A stretch of 51,858 nucleotides of DNA from an uncultured Selenomonadales bacterium (GTDB taxonomy: Bacteria > Bacillota > Negativicutes > Selenomonadales > Selenomonadaceae), in assembly GCA_946543495.1 (NCBI GenBank), contig CAMNLS010000001.1:1-51858 (forward strand). The letters run 5' to 3'. Each line of letters opens with the position of its first letter. Position 1 is the first letter of the stretch. A program made the translations under genes and the position numbers. Below are positions 18,156-27,485 of this stretch, piece by piece. Under the pieces are notes generated by a model, which had not been told where the DNA came from, did not search any database, and saw only the letters and a program-made list of their open reading frames with translations.

Positions 18156-18381
18156 GCTAACGCTCCTTAAAAATTTTTTTGTGATTCTACAATGCGACAA
18201 GAAATTTTTCAAGCCACTTTTGAAAAGTGGACAAACAGTAAACGCGATTAAGTCATCGATACAGTCGGAGCTTATGCCCGCGCTTGATGTTGCAAGAAAT
18301 TTTTCAAGACGTTGCAGAAAATAGTTGATACCTGCTATAATCGGCGTTAAAGTTCAAAGTAAAAACGCGGAGGGAATTGAG

Positions 18382-19569
18382 ATGAGTTTAAGGAAAATAT
18401 TTTGCGGAGCATTGGCGGCGTTGATGATTTTTTCCGCGTCGAGCTTTTGCGGGGCGGCTTCGGATGAATCTGCCGCTGATAAGCTTGCGAGGATTGAAAC
18501 CGATACTTACGGCGCAGAACAGAGCGGCGCAATCCTCGACAGAATCAGCCGCTTGGAGAAGAGCTACAGCGGGCAAAACATGAGCGGCAACATGAACGCC
18601 AGAATCGATGCAATTTATAATATTCTTTATGATAACGACGCTGGACCCGGCGTCTTGGCGAAGATTAATGCGCTGGAGTGGAATATCAATCACGAAGTGG
18701 CAAGCGGCGGAGTTGATAAGCGGCTGGCGGCTTTGGAGAATACTATTCTTGGCAACATAACCGAGGGCAGTTTCAATGAAAGGATTCGTACCCTTGCTAA
18801 AGCCTCTTACGGCGAAGAGATTTTGCCGATAACTTTGATTCCTATTCCGGAGAACACTTTGATAAAGGTTGTGACGACTGTCCCTGTTGGCTCAAAAGTT
18901 TTGCAGGAAGGCGATATCATTCCGATTAAAGTCGCCGAAGATGTCTTTGTAGATGGCGGGCTTGTCTTCGCTAGGGGCTTGCCGGGCGAAGGCGTCGTTA
19001 CGAGTGTTCGCCGCGCTAAACACATTTTTAGCAACGGCAAGATTGAAGCGGACTTCCACACGTTGAAGGCGATTGACGGGCAGGACGCAAAGACTTTCAC
19101 GGGCATTGAGGCAGTCGACGCAATGACAGCGGCTTCAATGGGGCGTGGACTTAGTTTGTTAGGTCAAACGTTTTCGGGCAAGAACAAAGAGATTGAAGAA
19201 GTTCTGGTGCGTGGAAAGAATATAGACTTGCCTGCGGGCGTGGAACTTTACGTTCAGATAAAAACGCCGATTGTTGTCTACGGCGTCAAGTCGATTGGCG
19301 GTGGAATTTCGGCTCTTCTTCCTGACGAGGTAAACACGCTCACACCCGACGAGACAACTACACTTGCGCCCGACGAGTTAGGAACGCTTACACCCGATGA
19401 ACAAACCGCGATTCCTTCAACAGAGCCGGAAAACGTGCTTGTACAAGTTGACCCTGAATCACATAAGCCCGCGCCGCCCGAACAATCAAACGTGGAGCCG
19501 CGTCCTGAAGAGGGCAAAACTCCCGACGGTTACGATGGCGAAATTATAGAGATTATAGACGAGGATTAA
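18382..19569 (+). CDS. Secreted hypothetical protein with helical repeats and C-terminal (T/L)LxPDE octapeptide repeats
   Basis: Signal peptide 'MSLRKIFCGALAALMIFSASSFCGAAS' after GGAGGG. Recurring 'RIxxLE/INALE/LAALE' units. Near the C-terminus: 'LLPDEVN TLTPDETT TLAPDELG TLTPDEQT'. No family recognised. Confidence 0.6.
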   Translation: MSLRKIFCGALAALMIFSASSFCGAASDESAADKLARIETDTYGAEQSGAILDRISRLEKSYSGQNMSGNMNARIDAIYNILYDNDAGPGVLAKINALEWNINHEVASGGVDKRLAALENTILGNITEGSFNERIRTLAKASYGEEILPITLIPIPENTLIKVVTTVPVGSKVLQEGDIIPIKVAEDVFVDGGLVFARGLPGEGVVTSVRRAKHIFSNGKIEADFHTLKAIDGQDAKTFTGIEAVDAMTAASMGRGLSLLGQTFSGKNKEIEEVLVRGKNIDLPAGVELYVQIKTPIVVYGVKSIGGGISALLPDEVNTLTPDETTTLAPDELGTLTPDEQTAIPSTEPENVLVQVDPESHKPAPPEQSNVEPRPEEGKTPDGYDGEIIEIIDED

Positions 19570-19572
19570 TCG

Positions 19573-21096
19573 ATGAAAAAATTTTTAAGCGTCGTATGCG
19601 CCGCGCTGTTCGTAACGTCGACGGCAGAGGCGGTTTACGAAGCAAAATCGGATACGGGCACGGGGCTATTTGATTACATAGAAAATCAACGGCGCGAGGC
19701 TCGCGAACAAAAGCTAACTGAGGAACAAGAAAAACTACTTGCCGACATTGAAGCGGCTAAGGCAAAATTGCCGCACGAACCGAAACCAGGCGACCATGTT
19801 CCCGCCGTGTTCGAGGGCGATGATATGGTTTATTATTCGGGTAGCGGCGAATTCATTGCGACGGGCAAGGTTGACATCATTCAGCTTGACGGCTATCGTT
19901 TTCAAAGCGCGGAGGCAAAAGGCAACGTCAAAGAACAATTCGTTCGCGTGGATGATAAAGCTCATCTACTTCAACTGACGGAAGGCGCGCCGCGTGTCAC
20001 GTTGGACGGCTATAAGACGTTTTACAATTACGGCACGAAGACCGGCACTATGGGCGAGGCTAACGGCAAGGCGGGCGAATATTATCTGACGGGCAAGCGG
20101 TTTGAATTCTATCCCGATCATATCGTCGTTTATGACGGCACGCAGACTAAGTGCGGCGCGAAGTCTCCTGACTATCACCTTAGCGCGGAACGAATGGAAA
20201 TTTGGCCTGAACAAGTTATCCGCATGTACAACGTCAAGTTCTGGGTCAAGAATAAAGTCGTCGGCACGAAAGAATACGAAGAGCGTAGCATGGAAGCTAA
20301 GGAAAAGAATTATTTCCCGCGCGTTGGTTATAACAGCGACCATGGTGTATACGTTCGCGATAACTTTGAGATACCTCTTCGCAAACACTTGGATTTAATT
20401 ATCGGCGCATACGTTGAGACCAAGAAGGGTGTTCGCAGTAACGCGGAACTTTTTTATAGCAATCGTGAACTTAATGGTTGCGTGAAGTATGGCTTCTACG
20501 ACGATAACGACGCTCGTTGGATTCAAAAAGAACCGTCGCTTGATATTTGGTATGGAAAGCACATTGGCACATCACCCCTAAGCTATAAGATTGAAGGTGA
20601 GTTCGGTCATTGGCGGCAAAATTCTATCACCAGCACGCACCAAGAATACGAATTAAAATTGTATCACGACCCGATTAATATAGGAAAATATCTGCTCTTC
20701 CTCGACACGGGATATAAAATCACTAAAGACGACGCCAAGAACGTTGATAACGGCAATACGACGGTAAGAGGCTTCAACTATAATATTTTGCTTGGCAGGG
20801 AGTTCAATGAAAGGCTTGCGGCTTACGTCGGCTTTTCTTACGACAAAAACAACTCTACGAATTCTCTTTTCGACTTCGACTTAGATGATTATTCGCGGAA
20901 GTTTCAAGCGGGCGTTAGTTACTGGTTGACGCCGAAAGATCGTGTCGTTGTCGGCATGAAGTGGAATGCCGATAAGCACACCGTTGAAGACGTGGATTAT
21001 TATTGGTATCACGATTTACACTGTTCGCAAGCGGTTCTTCGTTGGCGTGGCAAGCGTAAAAAATTGGAAGTTCATTGGGAGTTCGTGCCTTGGTAA
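19573..21096 (+). CDS. Outer-membrane protein, LptD/OstA-like
   Basis: Signal peptide 'MKKFLSVVCAALFVTSTAEA'. OstA-like N-domain ('FEGDDMVYYSGSGEFIATGKVDIIQLDGYRFQSAEAKGNV'). LptD-like 'TKCGAKSPDYHLSAERMEIWPEQ'. Beta-rich remainder ends in the aromatic 'EFVPW'. Shorter than typical LptD. Confidence 0.5.
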   Translation: MKKFLSVVCAALFVTSTAEAVYEAKSDTGTGLFDYIENQRREAREQKLTEEQEKLLADIEAAKAKLPHEPKPGDHVPAVFEGDDMVYYSGSGEFIATGKVDIIQLDGYRFQSAEAKGNVKEQFVRVDDKAHLLQLTEGAPRVTLDGYKTFYNYGTKTGTMGEANGKAGEYYLTGKRFEFYPDHIVVYDGTQTKCGAKSPDYHLSAERMEIWPEQVIRMYNVKFWVKNKVVGTKEYEERSMEAKEKNYFPRVGYNSDHGVYVRDNFEIPLRKHLDLIIGAYVETKKGVRSNAELFYSNRELNGCVKYGFYDDNDARWIQKEPSLDIWYGKHIGTSPLSYKIEGEFGHWRQNSITSTHQEYELKLYHDPINIGKYLLFLDTGYKITKDDAKNVDNGNTTVRGFNYNILLGREFNERLAAYVGFSYDKNNSTNSLFDFDLDDYSRKFQAGVSYWLTPKDRVVVGMKWNADKHTVEDVDYYWYHDLHCSQAVLRWRGKRKKLEVHWEFVPW

Positions 21097-22604
21097 ATTA
21101 TATTTGTCTGTTCATTGTTTCGTTAATTTTATTTTTCTTGGGCGGCTGGTCTATTCCCATAACCGACCCGACCGAATCTGTTTACACGTTGACTGCAAAG
21201 GAAATGTTAGCGGCGGGCGATTGGTTATCGCCGCGCATCTACGGAGATTTTTGGTATGACAAGCCGATAATGTTTTATTGGGAGCTGTTGACGGCTTACA
21301 AAGTTTTCGGCGTTAATGAATTCGCGTCGAGGTTCTTCCCAGCAGTCTTCGCGATGCTCGGATTGTTCCTGACGTATTTTTTTGGCGCGAAGCTTTACAA
21401 TAAGAAAGTCGGATTCGCGGCGGCGATAATGCTTGCGACCTCTCTTGAGTATTGGTACTTGTCTCACGCCGTGATAACCGATATGACGCTCCTTGTAATG
21501 TTCTCGTTGACGCTGATAACTTTTTACTTTGGCTACCGCGCAGGGCGTCCGCAACTTTATTTAATATCGTTCGCGGCGTCGGGCGTGGCAGTCATCACGA
21601 AAGGACCGATTGGATTTTTCTTGCCCGGTCTTATAATTTTAATCTTCCTCGTGTGGCAGGGCGACTTAAAGCATTTATTGAAACTCTTCCGCCTGAAAAA
21701 TTTCTTGCTGTTGATTGCGATAGTGGCTGTCTGGTATTTGCCGATGACTTTGATTCACGGCGTGGAGTTCATTGAAAACTTTTTGGGCGTGCATAACTTC
21801 TTGCGGTCGACGGTCTCCGAATATCCAAAGACGGACGTTTGGTATTATTACGCCTTGATTACGGCGATAGGATTCTTTCCGTGGTCGGTGCCGCTGATTG
21901 TCGCCGCCGTGAAGAAATTCTTTCGTCGAGCAGAGCTATTCATTGAGGAAGGACGCTTGCCAACCTTCGACGTGCCCGAAAGATTTTTAATCGTGTGGGC
22001 GGCGACGGTGATAATCTTCTTCCAACTCTGCGCGACAAAATATGTGACTTACACTTTGCCCGCGATGATTCCCATTGCAATTTTCGTGGCGCGGTACTTC
22101 GTCAATCGTTGGAAAGTTTTTATCGGATTGGCGGGCGCATCGCTGATAATTTATCCGCTACTGCTGTTCACGGTTGCTTTACCGCTTGCCGAAGACAATT
22201 CTGCGCGGCGCGAGGCTCAAATAATTTCTAAGCTCATCGACGATAAAACTTGCGTCGTAAGTCACGGTAAAGAGTATTCGGGGTCGCTTGTCTTCTACAC
22301 GGGCGAAAAAATTTATCGGCTGGAGACTAAAGAGAACTTCGACAAGGTTAAACCACAAAAATTATCGTGGACAAGCAAAAATGTTATGCCGTTCATGCTG
22401 TTTGACGATTTGCCCGCCGATAAAACGATTATTGCGGTCGTCAGCGTCGATTATGAGAAAAATTTTCTTGATAACGCGGCGGGCAAGTGGAAAATCATCG
22501 GCGAAGTTCCTAAAGGCGAGCTTGAAGCCTTTGCAGAAAAATTTTTCTACGGAAAAGAGCAACGCAAGTTAAAAAACAAAATTTATCGGAGGGAAATTAA
22601 ATGA
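21075..22604 (+). CDS. ArnT/PMT-like membrane glycosyltransferase (GT39/GT83 type)
   Basis: 509-aa polytopic ORF. N-terminal loop 'DPTESVYTLTAKEML..GDWLSPRIYGDFWYDKPIMFYW' is typical of ArnT/PMT_2 enzymes. The TTG start overlaps the upstream stop, so the exact start is uncertain. Confidence 0.7.
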   Translation: MGVRALVNYICLFIVSLILFFLGGWSIPITDPTESVYTLTAKEMLAAGDWLSPRIYGDFWYDKPIMFYWELLTAYKVFGVNEFASRFFPAVFAMLGLFLTYFFGAKLYNKKVGFAAAIMLATSLEYWYLSHAVITDMTLLVMFSLTLITFYFGYRAGRPQLYLISFAASGVAVITKGPIGFFLPGLIILIFLVWQGDLKHLLKLFRLKNFLLLIAIVAVWYLPMTLIHGVEFIENFLGVHNFLRSTVSEYPKTDVWYYYALITAIGFFPWSVPLIVAAVKKFFRRAELFIEEGRLPTFDVPERFLIVWAATVIIFFQLCATKYVTYTLPAMIPIAIFVARYFVNRWKVFIGLAGASLIIYPLLLFTVALPLAEDNSARREAQIISKLIDDKTCVVSHGKEYSGSLVFYTGEKIYRLETKENFDKVKPQKLSWTSKNVMPFMLFDDLPADKTIIAVVSVDYEKNFLDNAAGKWKIIGEVPKGELEAFAEKFFYGKEQRKLKNKIYRREIK

Positions 22605-23092
22605 TAGAGGTCATTTCTTATGAATCAACGTTCGTCGGCGCGGCAATTAAAATTTGGAACGAAATTGTTCGCGAAGGCATTGCTTTTCCTCAAGAAGACG
22701 AACTAAACGAAATTTCAGGCGACGAATTCTTTAAATCGCAAAGTTTTACCGGTTTAGCTGTCGATAAGGATACAAATGAGCTTTTAGCTCTCTATATTCT
22801 CCACCCAAATAACGTCGGAAGGTGCGCTCACATCTCAAATGCAAGTTATGCAGTGCGTTCGGACGTTCGCGGGCGTCATATCGGCGAAATTATCGTCAAA
22901 GATTGCATTTCACGCGCTAAACAGCTCGGATTTAGGATTTTGCAGTTCAATGCGGTCGTTGCAACCAATATTCACGCTCGGCACCTGTATAAACGGCTCG
23001 GATTTAAAGAATTAGGCACAATTCCAGGCGGTTTTCGTATGCCAGACGGTTCATTTGCAGATATTGTTCCGCAATTTATCAGTTTGACTTAG
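22601..23092 (+). CDS. GNAT-family N-acetyltransferase
   Basis: 163-aa ORF. Acetyl-CoA motif A 'VRGRHIGEIIVKDCISRAKQLGF' and 'NAVVATNIHARHLYKRLGF'. ATGA overlap with the upstream gene. Confidence 0.8.
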   Translation: MIEVISYESTFVGAAIKIWNEIVREGIAFPQEDELNEISGDEFFKSQSFTGLAVDKDTNELLALYILHPNNVGRCAHISNASYAVRSDVRGRHIGEIIVKDCISRAKQLGFRILQFNAVVATNIHARHLYKRLGFKELGTIPGGFRMPDGSFADIVPQFISLT

Positions 23093-23103
23093 GAGGTGAG
23101 GAC

Positions 23104-24096
23104 TTGCAAGAGCTTATAAGCATTATAAACAGGATAAACGGCAAAAAAGTTTTAGTTATCGGCGATATGGTGGCTGATGTCTACGTTGACGGCAGAATTT
23201 CTAGGATTTCGCGCGAAGCTCCCGTTTTAATCCTCGAAAAAGCCGGCGAAAAGGTCGTGGCGGGCGGTGCGGCTAATGTCGTTGCTAATTCAGCCACGCT
23301 AGGCGCGGAAGTTTATGCTATCGGGGTCATCGGCGACGATTTTCACGCTGAAAACCTAAAAAATACTTTAAAAGGCTTCGGCGTTCACATTGAAGGGCTT
23401 ATTCATGATAAATCGCGCCCAACTATCTCTAAAACTCGAATTATCGCCGGCGGAAGGGCTACTGTCAGTCAACAAATCGTCAGAATCGACGAAGAGAGCA
23501 AAAAACCTATCAGCAGTGATGTTGAAGCGGAACTTATCAATAAAATCAATGAAATACTTCCAAAAGTCGACGGAATTATCATGAGCGACTACGGAGCCGG
23601 AACAATAACAAATAATGTCCGCAAATTGATTACTCGTTACGCAAATAAGAATAATATTCCTAGTATCGTTGATTCGCGGTACAATATCGGCGATTTTGAG
23701 GGCGTCGGATACATAAAACAGAATGATTCGGAGCTTGGACACTTCGTAGGCTATCCACTTAATGATATTAATGATTTAATCGGCGCAAGCAATAAAATTT
23801 TGACGAAACTTAACGTCGATGGCGTGTTAATTACTCGTGGCGATAAGGGAATGAGTTTATTTGAACGAAATGGAGCGGCTCATCACATTCCAGTTAGCGA
23901 TATGAGCGAAGTTTACGACGTTTCGGGCGCGGGAGACACTTGCGTTGCCGCTTTTCTACTTTCTTTGGCTGCAGGTGCTCAATCTTTGCTTGCAGCGAAA
24001 ATTTCTAACTTTGCGGCGGGAATTGCCGTTAGAAAACTCGGTACAAGCACCGTAAGCGCGACAGAATTAATTTCAACGCTTGAAAGGGCTAGATAA
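23104..24096 (+). CDS. hldA: D-beta-D-heptose 7-phosphate kinase (RfaE domain I, PfkB family)
   Basis: 330-aa ORF. PfkB motifs 'VVAGGAANVA' and 'DVSGAGDTCVAAF'. TTG start after GGAGGTGAGG. Immediately followed by the adenylyltransferase gene. Confidence 0.8.
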   Translation: MQELISIINRINGKKVLVIGDMVADVYVDGRISRISREAPVLILEKAGEKVVAGGAANVVANSATLGAEVYAIGVIGDDFHAENLKNTLKGFGVHIEGLIHDKSRPTISKTRIIAGGRATVSQQIVRIDEESKKPISSDVEAELINKINEILPKVDGIIMSDYGAGTITNNVRKLITRYANKNNIPSIVDSRYNIGDFEGVGYIKQNDSELGHFVGYPLNDINDLIGASNKILTKLNVDGVLITRGDKGMSLFERNGAAHHIPVSDMSEVYDVSGAGDTCVAAFLLSLAAGAQSLLAAKISNFAAGIAVRKLGTSTVSATELISTLERAR

Positions 24097-24558
24097 ATGC
24101 TGATTAACAGAAAAAATGTAGTTGAATTCCGCCGGAGCCTTAAAAATAAAAAAATCGTCTTTACTAACGGCTGTTTTGATATAATTCACGCCGGACACGT
24201 AAGATATTTGACTGCGGCTAAGAGTTTCGGCGATATTTTAGTCGTTGGACTCAATACTGATGAATCTGTTCGCCGTTTGAAGGGAAATTCACGCCCCATT
24301 AACAACCAAAACGACCGCGCAGAAGTTTTATTGGGACTTAAAGCCGTCGATTACGTGATTTTATTCGGCGAACGAACTGCAGAGGCTTTAATCGCCGAAA
24401 TTCAGCCCGATATTTACGTTAAGGGCGGCGATTACACGTTGGAAACGCTCCCTGAAGCTAAAATCGTGCAAAATTACGGCGGGCGTGTCGAATTAGTTAA
24501 TTTAGTCGCAGGAAAATCAACGACTAACATTATTGAAAAAATTTTAGCGGAGAAATGA
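24097..24558 (+). CDS. hldC: D-beta-D-heptose 1-phosphate adenylyltransferase (RfaE domain II)
   Basis: 153-aa ORF. Cytidylyltransferase signature 'FTNGCFDIIHAGHVRYL'. 'GLNTDESVRRLKG..RPI'. Confidence 0.85.
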   Translation: MLINRKNVVEFRRSLKNKKIVFTNGCFDIIHAGHVRYLTAAKSFGDILVVGLNTDESVRRLKGNSRPINNQNDRAEVLLGLKAVDYVILFGERTAEALIAEIQPDIYVKGGDYTLETLPEAKIVQNYGGRVELVNLVAGKSTTNIIEKILAEK

Positions 24559-24559
24559 T

Positions 24560-25585
24560 ATGGAAGACTTAAAAAACGTTTTAATTGTCAAGCTAAGCGC
24601 GCTGGGCGACGTAATTCACGCTTTGCCCGTCAGTTACGCCATAAAAGAAACTTTTCCCGACGCAAAAGTTACTTGGGTCGTCGAACCGCCCAGTTTAAGC
24701 CTTTTGGAAATGAATCCGTGCGTCGACAAGATAATTTTGTTCAAAAAGAAAGATTTCAGAACGCTAAAAGGGTTCATGAAGGAATTTTTCCCGTTCAAAC
24801 ACGAATTGCAAGAACAAAGTTACGATGCAGTGCTTGATTTGCAAGGATTATTCAAATCAGCGGCGATTGCGTTCTTTGCAAAGTCAAATATTAAGCTCGG
24901 AATATGCAATATGCGCGAAATGAGCGATAAAATTTCAAAACCAGTCGTCGGACAGAACGCTCAAGGGCATATCGTCGAAAGATACCTCGATACGGCGCGT
25001 GCAATGGGTTGCGTAGTCAATAAAATTACTTTTCCGATACAAATTCCCGTTGAACAGTCGGAAAAAGCGCGAGCAATCATGGAACACGCCGGAATTCGCG
25101 AAGGAAATCCCTACGTTGTGTTTGCAGTGGGGGCAAATTGGGTGAATAAACGCTGGCCGACGGAAAATTTCGCTGAATTAGGCGATTGGTTCTATCAACT
25201 AGCAGTTATTCCCGTTTTAATCGGTTCAGGAGACCTCGACGAGCAAATTTCTAAAGAAATCGAATCGAAAATGGAAATTCCGCCGATAAATTTAGTAAAC
25301 CGCACAAATATTCCGCAACTGGCGCATGTAATAAGAAGTTCGCGATTAATTATCGGCGGAGACACGGGTCCAGTACATTTGGGCGCGGCATTGGGCGTTC
25401 GGACTATTATGTTAATGGGACCGACGAATTTTGAACGAAATGGGGCTTTCGGGCAACTTCAAAACGTTATCGAAGTCGAAAGACCTTGCAAAGGCTGTTG
25501 GAAGAGATTTTGCCCCAAAAAAGAAATTTGTCTTGAAAAAATTCCCGTTAAATTCGTCGAAGATAAGATTAAATCGATGGGATAA
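24560..25585 (+). CDS. LPS heptosyltransferase (glycosyltransferase family 9, WaaC/WaaF-like)
   Basis: 341-aa ORF. 'ILIVKLSALGDVIHALP' N-terminus and 'GGDTGPVHLGAALG' C-terminal motif of GT9. Confidence 0.85.
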   Translation: MEDLKNVLIVKLSALGDVIHALPVSYAIKETFPDAKVTWVVEPPSLSLLEMNPCVDKIILFKKKDFRTLKGFMKEFFPFKHELQEQSYDAVLDLQGLFKSAAIAFFAKSNIKLGICNMREMSDKISKPVVGQNAQGHIVERYLDTARAMGCVVNKITFPIQIPVEQSEKARAIMEHAGIREGNPYVVFAVGANWVNKRWPTENFAELGDWFYQLAVIPVLIGSGDLDEQISKEIESKMEIPPINLVNRTNIPQLAHVIRSSRLIIGGDTGPVHLGAALGVRTIMLMGPTNFERNGAFGQLQNVIEVERPCKGCWKRFCPKKEICLEKIPVKFVEDKIKSMG

Positions 25586-25587
25586 GC

Positions 25588-25626
25588 AAAAATCCTCCCG
25601 ACCGCGCAGGTTGAGAGGATTTTTTA
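25588..25626. terminator. Bidirectional rho-independent terminator (GT9 gene / HxlR gene)
   Basis: AAAAATCCTCCCGACC-gcgc-AGGTTGAGAGGATTTTTT: long imperfect hairpin with an A-run and a T-run on either side. Confidence 0.7.
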
Positions 25627-25630
25627 TTGC

Positions 25631-25990
25631 CTAAGCCGATTTTTTAAGTATTTTTTCGCCCCAAATGTACAATTTATTGAGTGCAGGGATTAATTCTTTG
25701 CCAAAATCAGTTAATGAATACTCTACGACCTTCGGCGGCGCAGAAATTAGCTCGCTACGCACTACTAAACCGTCATTTTCCAATTCTCGCAGTGATTTTG
25801 TCAGCATAAAGTGCGTTATACCTGGTATTCGCCGCTTGAGTTCGTTAAATCGAGTATTTTCCTTTTCGTGAAGGTACCAAACTATCGGTAATTTCCATTT
25901 TGACCCGATTACGTCCATTGCGCATAGTATCGGGCATTTTTTATTGACAACATCGCTTAACGTTGAATCAATCGGATAATTTTTCTTCAT
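25631..25990 (-). CDS. HxlR-family winged-helix transcriptional regulator
   Basis: 119-aa ORF. 'CPILCAMDVIGSKWKLPIVWYL....RFNELKRRIPGITHFMLTKSLRELENDGLV' matches the HxlR/DUF24 pattern. Divergent from the OYE-like gene. Confidence 0.85.
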   Translation of the reverse strand: MKKNYPIDSTLSDVVNKKCPILCAMDVIGSKWKLPIVWYLHEKENTRFNELKRRIPGITHFMLTKSLRELENDGLVVRSELISAPPKVVEYSLTDFGKELIPALNKLYIWGEKILKKSA

Positions 25991-26075
25991 TTTAACCTCC
26001 TAAGGCAGATTTTTATGCGTTCTAGTCAAAAATTCACTTCAACATTATACTATACACAGTCAAGGAGGTTTTAAC

Positions 26076-27437
26076 ATGAAAAAACTTTTTGAATCAATCG
26101 AATTAAGCAATTTGCACATTAAAAATCGTCTTGTTAGGTCGGCTACGTGGGAAAATTTAGCAGAAAATGACGGTTCAATCGGCGAAAATACTTACGAAAT
26201 TTATCGCGAACTTTCAAAAGGCGGCGTAGGTGCGATTATAACCGGATTTACAAGCGTTTCGTCTGATGATTTTTATTTCGGCGGCATGATGCGCCTTTCC
26301 GACAATAAATTGATTCCGCAGTATAAAAAATTGGTCGAAATTATTCATAATGAGCACTGCGCGGCGATTAGTCAGCTTGCACTCGGCGCATTTTATAAAA
26401 ATTACGTAGAAATCGGCGAAAATGAACTTTCTACGGCTGAAGTCGAAAATATTATTAAAATGTTCGTAGACGCGGCGATTCGCGCTGAAATTTGCGGTTT
26501 CGACGGCGTTCAGATTCACGCGGCGCATTTTTTCTTCCTCAGTCGCTTTATCAGTTCAAAAATCAATCACCGAACAGATAAATTCGGCGGCTCAACGGAA
26601 AATCGCGCTCAAATTCTGCTTGAAATACTGCGCGGAATAAAAAAATCTGCGCCAAAACTCCACGTCACGATAAAAATTAACTCAAGTGACTTTGTTTACG
26701 GCGGTTTGGAAGAAAATGAGAGCCTTAAAATTTGTAAAATGCTTGAGGCGGCGGGAATTGATTTTATTTACGCGCAAACCAACGACGCGCTCGGAGAAAT
26801 TGAAACTTACAACGTAAAAACCGGCGAAAAAGAGCTAATCGGCTCGTGGAACGAAAGATTTTCCTACACCGACGAAGATATTGACGCATATTTGGATTTT
26901 GCGGCTAAAAATTATAAAAATATCATTTTGGCAGGGCATTCACTCGGCGCAAACAAAGTTATTTACTATTTGGCGCATCATCACGATAAAAATCGGGTTA
27001 AAAAGTTTATTTTGATGAGTCCGGCGAATTTAACGCACATGATGAGCGGAGTTAGCGACGGCGAACGCGATTTTATAGAAAAATTGGTTCGATACGGTCG
27101 CGGCGATAAAATTTTGCCGTTTTACTTTATGGGTTGGGTGTTATGCACGGCGAACACTGCGCATGACTGGTTGAGCGGCATTTTGGACAACACGAACGGG
27201 AAAAATTTCAGTCAGTTGGAGCAAATAACGCACGAAGGCGCGTTGATAATCGGAACGTACGATAATTTCACGGACGGAGACCCTTCGGGGTTCTTAAAAA
27301 TGATAAATTCGCACATGAAGACGGCTGAAAGGAATAAATTAATCTTCATCGAGCGAACGGGGCATACATATCAGCAAAAACACGCGGAGATAGCGGAGAT
27401 AATCAAAAATTTAGCGGTTGAATGGAGTTTGGAGTAA
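26076..27437 (+). CDS. Chimeric protein: truncated Old-Yellow-Enzyme-like TIM-barrel N-half fused to an alpha/beta-hydrolase C-half
   Basis: Residues 1 to about 240 are OYE-like ('LHIKNRLVRSAT', 'GGVGAIITG', 'HAAHFFFLSRFISSKINHRTDKFGGSTENRAQILLEIL'). From about residue 245 it reads as a hydrolase, with nucleophile elbow 'GHSLGAN' and a late 'GHTY'. Confidence 0.6.
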   Translation: MKKLFESIELSNLHIKNRLVRSATWENLAENDGSIGENTYEIYRELSKGGVGAIITGFTSVSSDDFYFGGMMRLSDNKLIPQYKKLVEIIHNEHCAAISQLALGAFYKNYVEIGENELSTAEVENIIKMFVDAAIRAEICGFDGVQIHAAHFFFLSRFISSKINHRTDKFGGSTENRAQILLEILRGIKKSAPKLHVTIKINSSDFVYGGLEENESLKICKMLEAAGIDFIYAQTNDALGEIETYNVKTGEKELIGSWNERFSYTDEDIDAYLDFAAKNYKNIILAGHSLGANKVIYYLAHHHDKNRVKKFILMSPANLTHMMSGVSDGERDFIEKLVRYGRGDKILPFYFMGWVLCTANTAHDWLSGILDNTNGKNFSQLEQITHEGALIIGTYDNFTDGDPSGFLKMINSHMKTAERNKLIFIERTGHTYQQKHAEIAEIIKNLAVEWSLE

Positions 27438-27443
27438 AAATTT

Positions 27444-27474
27444 AATCCTCGACGGATTTGTCGGGGATTTTTTA
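27444..27474 (+). terminator. Rho-independent terminator after the OYE/hydrolase gene
   Basis: AATCCTCGAC-ggattt-GTCGGGGATT followed by TTTT: 10-bp stem with one G-U. Confidence 0.75.
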
Positions 27475-27485
27475 GTTCAAAAGAG

